From assembly GCA_038087875.1 (NCBI GenBank), contig CM075993.1, positions 1,738,001 through 1,802,000 on the forward strand: 64,000 nt of DNA. Reading direction: 5' to 3'. The translations under genes were made by a program, and so were the position numbers. Below the pieces are notes generated by a model that worked only from the letters and a program-made list of their open reading frames with translations, searched no databases and was not told the DNA's origin. Shown here piece after piece: positions 61,080 through 64,000 of the stretch (position 1 is its first letter; each line of letters opens with the position of its first letter). Source of the stretch: Malacoraja senta. Its lineage: Eukaryota.

Positions 61080-62602
61080 TTACGAGGATGTTGCCAGGGC
61101 TAGAGGGTGTGAGCTATAGGGAGAGGTTGAATAGGCTGGGTCTCTATTCCATGGAGCGCAGGAGGATGAGGGGTGATCTTGTAGAGGTGTACAAAATCAT
61201 GAGAGGAATAGATCGGGTAGATGCACAGAGTCTCTTTCCCAGAGTAGGGGAATCGAGGACCAGAGGACATAGGTTCAAGGTGATTGGGAAAAGATTTAAC
61301 AGGAATCTGAGGGGTAACCTTTTCACACAAAGGGTGGTGGGTGTATGGAACAAGCAGCCAGAGAAGGTAGTTGAGGCTGGGACTATCCCAACGTTTAAGA
61401 AGCAGTTGGACAGGTACATTGATAGTACAGGTTTGGAGGGATATGGACCAAGAGTAGGCAAGTGTGTAGCTGGGACTTGTTGGTCGGTGTGGGCGAGTTG
61501 GGCCGAAGGGACTGTTTCCACGCTGTATCACTCTACGACACAAGAACTTACCCTTCGGCCCACAATGTCCGTGCCGAACATGATGTCAAGACCATCTTTT
61601 ACCTGCCTGTCTGAGATCCATATCCCTCCATTCACTGCAAGTATGTCAATCCAAAAGCCTCTTAAATGCCGCCATCATATCTGCCTCCACCACCACCCCT
61701 GGCAGCGCGCTCCTGGGATTCATCACTCTGTGTAAAGACTGTGTAATCACTCTCTTGCTATTTGATTATTCCATCCTAGGGGAAAAGGCTCTGACTGTCT
61801 ACCCTATCTACACCTCTTATTATTTTATATACTTCGATCAAGTCTCCCTTCAATCTTCAACATTTTATGTTTGTTTGTGATAGGAGCAGAATTTGGCTAT
61901 CCAGGTGTACTCCGCCATTCAATCATGGCTGATCTATCTCTCCCTCCTAACCCCATTCTCCTGCCTTTTCTCCATAACCCCTGGCACCCATACTAATCAA
62001 GAATCTATCTATCTCTGCCTTAAAAATATCCACTGACTTGGCCTCCACAGCCTTCTGTGGCAAAGAATTCCACAGATTCACCGCCCTCTGACTGAAGAAA
62101 TTCTTCCCAAAAGAACGTCCTTTAACTCTGAGGCTGTGACCTCTAGTCCTGGACTCTCCCACTAGTGGACAAAACCTCTCCACATCCACTCTATCCAGCC
62201 CTTTCACTATTATGTATGTTTCAATGAGGCCCCCCCTCATTCTTCTAAACTCCAGCGAGTACAGGCCCAGTGCCGACAAACGCTCATCATAGGTTAACCC
62301 ACTCATTCCTGGGATCGTTCTCGTAAACCTCCTCTGGACCCTCTCCAGGGCCAGCACATCCTTCCTCATAGAAACATAGAGACATAGAAAATATGTGCAG
62401 GTGTAGGCCATTCGGCCCTCCCAGCCAGCACCGCCATTCAATATGATCATGGCTGATCATCCAGAATCAGTGCTCCGTTCCTGCTTTCTCCCCATATCCC
62501 TTGATTCCATTAGCCCCAGGAGCTAAGTCTAACTCTCTGTTGACAGGGCACAAGCCCTCAGATGTGGTTCCACCATGCTGATGCCCCCACCTCTTCTTTC
62601 AG

Positions 62603-62899
62603 CCTCTTACTCCAAGCCCAACCTGCACCTGGAACCCAACAAGAACCTGAAGCCTGGAGATGAGGTGAGCATTGCCTGCCATTCCTCGGGGGGCTACCCA
62701 CAGGCAACGGTGCTGTGGTTCGACGGGAAGGGGGGCAACATCACGGACAACGTCAGCACCTCGCAGGTGGCCAACGAGCGGGGCCTGTTCGCGGTGCGCA
62801 GCGTGATGCGAGTCATCCTGGAGCCCAACAGCTCCTACAGCTGCACGGTGAGGAACGAGCTACTGGGTGAGGAGACCCATGCTGCCGCCACCATCACAG
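62603..62899 (+). CDS. CD276: CD276/B7-H3 IgC exon (297 nt, phase 1-1)
   Basis: SYSKPNLHLEPNKNLKPGDEVSIACHSSGGYPQATVLWFDGKG...NVSTSQVANERGLF...YSCTVRN matches B7-H3 IgC. Acceptor TTCTTTCAG, donor G|GTCAGT. TM and cytoplasmic exons not seen in the window. Confidence 0.93.
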
Positions 62900-64000
62900 G
62901 TCAGTCCCACCTCACCGCCAGGCCCAACACTCTCCTCTCCTCTGGAGGGACAACTACCCACCAATGCTAACATGCACATCTCACACAGAGGGTGGTGGGT
63001 GTATGGAACAAGTTGCCAGAGGAGGTAGTTGAGGCTGGGACTGTCCCAACGTTTAGACAGGTACATGGATAGAACAGGTTTGGAGGGATATGGACCAAGC
63101 ACAGGCAGGTGGGACTAGTGTAGCTGGGACATGTTGGCCGGTGTGGGCAAGTTGGGCCGAAGGGCCTGTTTCCACACTGTATCACTCTATGACTAGTGTT
63201 GCTGGGACATGTTGGCCGGTGTGGGCAAGTTGGGCCGAAGGGCCTGTTTCCACGCTGTATCACTCTATGACACTACCTACCGCCTGAGATCAGATGCCAT
63301 TAACGAAACCCGAAATGAGACAAGAGTAATGTCTGGTGAGAATTGTGATTTTCATAAGCTTATTGGATTTGAAAAGCTACACTTAATGCCGTGTAAGTTC
63401 AAGGAGGGCTGTTTCAATCTGTATTTCCAAGCACACATGCAAAATGGTTTTAAAAGACATGATTGCTACTGTGTGATTGATGTGGAATGCACCGGTCCTG
63501 GGCCCTGTCACATTGACATTAGATCAAAGGATTGACTGATGCAACCTTCCGGTTCATTCCGCAGTCATCCATCTTGTCCGTTATTTAGTGGGACAAAGGC
63601 ATGCGTGTGCCCATTATTGGGTAAGTGTGTAATCTCGCTGATATTAAATGCCATTGACTTGCCAAATATTAAGTGAACTAAGCTGACGGGGAAACTGTAG
63701 ACGAAGGAATCTGGCCTCCAACAAGGCACAAATATCCACCTGAGACCCGTCCCAGAAGTCAGCCTTTAGTTCTATTAACATACAGAGGGAATTATTAACT
63801 AAATACTAGACGTATAAAGCGAGTTGGAAGAGCAACGTGTTTGAAGGATATACAACCATACAGCGGAAATGTTCCATTTGGATTCCCTCTGGTTTTAACA
63901 CGTTAATGGAATGAAAGGATATATTTAAGGCAGAGATAGATAGATTCTTGATTAGTACGGGTGTCAGGGGTTACGGGGAGAAGGCAGGAGAATGGGGATG

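Noticed and set aside
60667..61103. C-terminal extension of the 265-aa IgV ORF
   Set aside because: Intron read-through into a MITE and a LINE fragment beyond the 60666 donor.
63112..63270. 78-bp tandem duplication; also 30-35-bp repeats at 35075-35210
   Set aside because: Ordinary slippage duplications within HER1-like LINE 3' ends.

Overview
Eukaryotic genomic DNA from a cartilaginous fish, probably a skate or ray, judged from its HE1-type V-SINEs, HER1/CR1 LINEs and Penelope-like elements (PLEs). It holds the 5' parts of two divergent Ig-superfamily genes in the same head-to-head order as in mammals. NPTN (neuroplastin) is on the minus strand: signal-peptide exon 28304-28397 and Np65-type Ig1 exon 6213-6560. 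CD276 (B7-H3) is on the plus strand: probable non-coding exon ending at 36010, signal exon 48759-48819, IgV exon 60316-60666 and IgC exon 62603-62899. Most other ORFs in the track are transposon debris or low complexity. The most striking hidden signal is a set of ribozyme-bearing retroelements. (1) A ~136-bp non-autonomous element (42001-42136, minus) begins exactly with a complete 54-nt HDV/CPEB3-like self-cleaving ribozyme fold, ends in a (GAA)n tail, and sits inside a degenerate hammerhead motif. (2) A second, unrelated (GAA)n-tailed element (30906-31104) carries a damaged CPEB3-like fold, and a candidate Ingi/Vingi-type partner LINE 3' end lies at 37396-37984. (3) A very young 2.3-kb fully palindromic PLE (52279-54613) has a 15-bp TSD, a 37-bp tail and hammerhead motifs. 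Many short palindromic derivatives of it occur, one of which spreads as a fixed unit and seeds a higher-order satellite. Ribozyme activity is inferred from sequence and fold only. Repeat boundaries are approximate unless a TSD is given.
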